DNA from: an uncultured delta proteobacterium
GTDB taxonomy: Bacteria > Desulfobacterota > Desulfomonilia > Desulfomonilales > Desulfomonilaceae
Direction: 5' to 3'
Assembly (NCBI GenBank): GCA_963789265.1
Contig: CAWBKB010000007.1
Span: 460,398 to 524,397, forward strand
Length of the DNA stretch: 64,000 nt
Of this stretch, positions 59,663 to 64,000 are shown piece after piece; positions within the stretch are counted from its first letter, which is position 1, and every line of letters starts with the position of its first letter. The notes under the pieces are model-generated. The model did not search any database. It saw nothing but the letters and a program-made list of their open reading frames with translations, and was not told where the DNA came from. A program made the translations under genes and the position numbers.

Positions 59663-60384
59663 GCTATTAATTCGAATCTATTATAATTTAGATTATGTTT
59701 TATTCATAAAATATATTATGATATAAGCACATACCATTAATATTGAAGATTATATATTAAGATAATGGAGTTCGTGCCGTTTGCGGTAACGAATCCGCCG
59801 CCTCGTGCCTAACCGATGCGGGGCAGGACGATGGCAATAGTCATTGGGAAAGAGTTTACAAGGGCAGACCTGCAGAAACTGTCTCAAAGCGATTATGATG
59901 GCAATTGCTTGTCCCGGTAATTCTGTGTTCCGCGCGGAAGGCGCGACTGCCTGTCCCGCGTTCCGCGGGATCACCTTGGAACCCGATGCGAGGGTAGGTC
60001 ACGCCATGCCCGCCGCAATACGGAGGCCACGGGCCGCCCTGCTCGATGCCCGCGTACGCGGGCATGACGACAGGCATTCCTGCCTGAGCGGTACTATCAC
60101 ACCGGAATACGCTGCCACTTGCCTGAAAGCGAATCGTATAGCCTTCCGGGACGTTCGCATTTGAGCCCCATTGTGGCGATTGAATGTTTTATGGGGTCTG
60201 GTGAGCGAAGCCAACCGCATCGGTCGCGTAAAACCCGGCCAAGTGGTTCGCTGCGCTCACCACTCCCTACGGCGCTGGTCACATAAATACCGGGGGTCGA
60301 ATGATGCGGTTCCCCTGCATTCGCAGGGTCACCGCTTCGCTACGGGCGCAGCGCTTACCAAGACCAGAATTCTGGGACCATGCA

Positions 60385-61425
60385 CTAGGGCACAACGCTG
60401 GTCCGCCCAAGATCCGTAACTATGCCGAGGTTCCAACCGGTGAACATCAGAAGCCGTTTGATATTCTGATCTACCCAAATATCGGCTCGAGCTATGGTGC
60501 TCCTGGGGACATATACGAGATCGTTGCGATTCAGATAGAAATCGGAACGGGAGGTCATTTTGGACAGATCGGTGGTGCGCGTCATGAACCTGCCCCCGGG
60601 TCCCCTGGAAATAACCAGAACAGTCCTGGGTTCTGCCGTGGGTTTGGTCCCGCCGGCCAGAGCGATCGCTTGCTGTACGGTCGTTGGTCCTCTGGTAGCA
60701 AACACGCCGGGCCTGGCTACTTCGCCGTCCACAAAGATCAGGTTCCCCACAACTTCTTTAAGCAGGATGGATACCCTCAAGTCCGGAACGATCCTGGTGT
60801 AGTGCTGATTCACAACTCCGGTCAGTTGCGGTACTGTCAGGCCCTGAGCTCGCACGTCCCTTGCAAGGGGAAGTGAAATATAGCCGTCAGGCCTGACGCT
60901 AATGAGTCGTGCCGGTTCCCCGGCGCTTGCAACCGCCTTCTGTATCTCTTCCAGCTTGGCATCGAATTCTCTGACAGTGACCGTCAGGTCCGGATTCTTG
61001 AGCAGGTCCGAATAGACCCGTTGGAGCATCCGCTTTGCTTGGTCTGCGGTCATGCCAACCACAGACACATCGTCTTTGCGCGGGATGCTTATTCTGCCAT
61101 CGGGCCTGACCCGGACAGTACGGTTCATTTCCGGGTGAAACGTGAACTCGATGTCGATCTGATCTTTAACTCCAAGCCTGTAGGGACTGGCGGTGGCTGT
61201 GGGAATTGTTAAATAGAGGAACTCCAGAACATCGCCTTCGGCAAGCCTGTACAAGGACGAAGGGAAATACTGTGTCACGCGGTTTATAACCGCGGGCGGT
61301 GTCTCATTCACGGCGCCCCGATGGCGAGGAATCATGCAACCGCCCATCATCGCAACGACAATAGGTATTACTATTATTCGCAAGAGCTGGATTCGAAAAA
61401 CCTCAAATGAAAATTCATTGCTCAT
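60385..61425 (-). CDS. Polysaccharide export lipoprotein (Wza/OPX family)
   Basis: Lipobox-like MMGGC; YRL..GD.L, VRPDGRISIP twice, SLBB GEV.RPG..AIALAGG, DLVYVP. Confidence 0.85.
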   Translation of the reverse strand: MSNEFSFEVFRIQLLRIIVIPIVVAMMGGCMIPRHRGAVNETPPAVINRVTQYFPSSLYRLAEGDVLEFLYLTIPTATASPYRLGVKDQIDIEFTFHPEMNRTVRVRPDGRISIPRKDDVSVVGMTADQAKRMLQRVYSDLLKNPDLTVTVREFDAKLEEIQKAVASAGEPARLISVRPDGYISLPLARDVRAQGLTVPQLTGVVNQHYTRIVPDLRVSILLKEVVGNLIFVDGEVARPGVFATRGPTTVQQAIALAGGTKPTAEPRTVLVISRGPGGRFMTRTTDLSKMTSRSDFYLNRNDLVYVPRSTIARADIWVDQNIKRLLMFTGWNLGIVTDLGRTSVVP

Positions 61426-61518
61426 CGTAGCTCTTCCTCTTTGGGTGACTTCCCCCAAAAATCGGGCTTGGAGATGGCTCCGCTTCCATCTCCAACTCAT
61501 GTCAGGGAAGCGCGGCAA

Positions 61519-62403
61519 CTAGAAGGCCGCCTCCAGAGAGAAAACCAGTCCATCTCTCTGGAGCTCCAATTGTCTGCCAAGCAAGTTCTCCTGATTGAAA
61601 TAGAAACTCTCCAGCTCGTACCCGATCTTTCCTTCCACAAGCAGCGATCCGACGGGGCCCATGTCGACACATATACCTGTAGAAAGGTCTATATAATTAA
61701 GGTAGTTAGGGGTAACCCCATAAGTGATGCGCGCAAAACCGCCCACATTAACTCTTCTGTTCAAGGGCATGCGCGTCTGACCGTGGGCCCCGATACAAGG
61801 GACTAGTTCGTCGATGCTTATGGTGTCTTCTTGCTGTAATGCTCCGGATCTTATAGTGGACTCCAATCTGACGAACTTCAGATCGCCGTTCATGCCACCG
61901 AACCAGCGAGGGCCCACAAGAAAATCCAGGTCGTACCCGAAGCCGAACGTCCCGATGTTGAGTTGCGATTGAACTGCGCTACCCGCGGGATATGTGAACG
62001 ATTTGGTCTGCAACGAACGCTGCAGGATGGTTCCACCGCGGTAGAGCTCGGGTATGGTGCCGTAAACCCGCACCAGATGATGTTCCAGCGGCCGTATGGA
62101 GCCCGATATTTTGAAGGTCCTATTGTCGCCGGGCAACCCCATATCATTTAGGAAATCAATTACAGTCCCGGTTTGCCCGACACCCTGGGCTGTTCCCATT
62201 CTCCCTTCGATGCGGCTGAAGAAGGGCTCGAATTTCAGAGTTGCAAATCCGTTGTATTCCAAAGGCTCGGCAACAGATGGGGCCGGAAGCGTCACGAACA
62301 AGAAGGCAAGACATGCTGCAAATGCCGCAATATGGGCCGAGATAGTGCAAAAGGGTCTCTCTCCGGTCATCGCCATGCCATTCACTCCGCTTTGCTTGGC
62401 CAT
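61519..62403 (-). CDS. Exported probable outer-membrane beta-barrel protein
   Basis: Signal peptide, amphipathic strands, C-terminal DGLVFSLEAAF. Confidence 0.65.
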   Translation of the reverse strand: MAKQSGVNGMAMTGERPFCTISAHIAAFAACLAFLFVTLPAPSVAEPLEYNGFATLKFEPFFSRIEGRMGTAQGVGQTGTVIDFLNDMGLPGDNRTFKISGSIRPLEHHLVRVYGTIPELYRGGTILQRSLQTKSFTYPAGSAVQSQLNIGTFGFGYDLDFLVGPRWFGGMNGDLKFVRLESTIRSGALQQEDTISIDELVPCIGAHGQTRMPLNRRVNVGGFARITYGVTPNYLNYIDLSTGICVDMGPVGSLLVEGKIGYELESFYFNQENLLGRQLELQRDGLVFSLEAAF

Positions 62404-63981
62404 AGTAATTGTCTCCCGCGTGTACCGAGTCGGAGAGATCCTGACTGCGAGGGGCCGGATTTTGCCGGACTGGTAAGTGGCCGCGGCGCATTGCCATAGG
62501 TGGCTGCCCGCCGCCACACTCGAGGAGTTGTCACCACGCAGGGGAACTGCCGTCGCCTTGGAGATCCTTGGACACGGACCGTCGGGTCGTAGGCTCTTCC
62601 GCCAACCGAGAGATCGGCCTGTCGCGATGAATGGCCCTCTCGGTTGGCTGAAGAAATCACGGTTTGAGGCGGCGACGGAGCAAAGTAGGCAAGGATCTGA
62701 TCTGCAAAATGACCTGTTCGTGCAAGCAGGGGCCGTTTGGCAACAAATGGGGCCTCTCGCAACACGTAGAGCCCGTCTCTCGGTGCGATCCACCGGTCTC
62801 CCGGGGATGACGCGCCGCCGCAGGGCTCTATGGTAGGGGCTCGACCGTGAGCGGCCACGCTACCAGCCTTGTGTTGAAGAGTCTTCTCCTCGCTATAGAA
62901 CTGCTCTTTTTCCTTCTTCAGAAAATGCAGGTGCTCCGCAAGGCATTCGCGCATGGCGCTTCTCATTCCTTGGATCTCCAGATCCACAGCCGCGAGCTCT
63001 TTGCTGTGGGGCATAAACTGAGTAGCGAGGGACCTTTTCTTGATCTCCAGTTGGACTATTTTTTCTTGAAAGGGAGCCAAGGAAGGTAATCCTGTCAGGC
63101 TTACGTCGGACACGAAACCGCTGAACACCCCCTTCCCCGAATTGATGAGTTGCAGGGCAAGGCGGCAGCCGCGCTCCTCCAATTCTATTTTCTGTAGCCG
63201 AGAAGAAATGGTGGCAGCCAAATTACTGTCGATGGCATGCCGGTCCTTATACTGAGTTTGCTGAAACCGGTCCCGGGACTGCGCCTCGAGGGTACGCCGG
63301 TAGTCCGCATACCGACAAACGTAGGAGTCCAGCACGCTCCGGAGAAATTCGGGATCATCCCCCCTTAGTCGCAACAGCACCTTTGCAGTGGCGCCTGAAA
63401 CTTGGGAGCTGATGCATATTTCCTTGTTAAGCCATTTTTCCAAATCGTCCGGGCTGCCGAACCTCGAAAGCTGCGTAGGGCGGCTCTGGGTTCCTCTCTG
63501 CGAAACAAATTGTCCTGGCAAACAGGCGGGTCCTCGGTCATATAGTTTACGTGCCAATAGCTGAGAGATCCGGGGGCTTTTGAGTATTTGCACTTCCTTC
63601 TCCAGAGCATTCTCAGCAGCATCCCCGGAATTGTGATCCCGGTCGAAAAACAGAAGCTTCGTCTCTACGCGATAGCCGTCCAGACCAAATGATGTAAGCA
63701 ACCACGGCCATCATCGCCACACAGAATATCATGGCGGCAGAGGTCCAAGTTGCCGGATGCCGAAAACCAAATCCACTTCTCAGCCTCAGCAGTTTGTCCC
63801 AAAAAGGGGACAGACTGGGGTCTTCAGGATGCGCAGCGACTGCCTTGCCGTTTTGAACCTCACTAGATTTGTGCGAGACCGTTGCTTTTGGGTTGGCAGC
63901 GCTTCCGCGATCTCCGGCAAAGGCAAGCTTCTCCGCATCAAAGATCAGGTCGTCAAAGCTATGGTTATGATCAAGCGTCAC
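62382..63981 (-). CDS. Polysaccharide co-polymerase/GumC-like coiled-coil protein; frameshift near 63690
   Basis: TM near N-terminus, EVQILKS motif, coiled coil, FMPHSKE; upstream of the wza-like gene. Confidence 0.5.
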
Positions 63982-64000
63982 TTCCGGCCTCTATGGTTCT

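Noticed and set aside
59844..60380. Short ORFs between the candidate selenoprotein gene and the wza-like gene
   Set aside because: They overlap palindromic repeat remnants and a solo MITE end; no protein-like motifs.

Overview
A ~55% GC chromosomal window from a deltaproteobacterium-type anaerobe. Gene content and style resemble Desulfomonile/Syntrophobacterales, but that assignment is an inference. Housekeeping genes: the F0 ATP synthase block (atpZ/I/B/E), rpsF-rpsR-rplI-dnaB, hisS-aspS, a Re-citrate-synthase-like enzyme, lptF, corC-lnt, rsmI and tatA. Also present: ferritin/rubrerythrin genes, transporters, toxin-antitoxin remnants, an atypical kdp locus and the end of a polysaccharide-export cluster. 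Many 1-nt frameshifts, including in essential hisS, point to indel errors in the assembly. Top candidate for a new system: a signal-peptide-bearing, probable outer-membrane beta-barrel protein (59558..58263, minus strand). It is interrupted by one in-frame TGA in a C-H-R-V-[TGA] context, followed at the canonical distance by a SECIS-like hairpin and then a 9-Cys loop, so it may be an unannotated outer-membrane selenoprotein. A paralogue without the TGA lies at 29876..28820. Other highlights: a kdp operon with a sigma-54 promoter and a kinase-less KdpD probably fused to a PTS EIIA domain; a promoter-driven ~160-nt structured RNA candidate after atpE; three copies of a 209-210 bp MITE with 4-bp target-site duplications; a CCCGCG..CGCGGG micro-hairpin sitting inside other repeats; and a shared N-terminal helical + zinc-ribbon module on two adjacent proteins.
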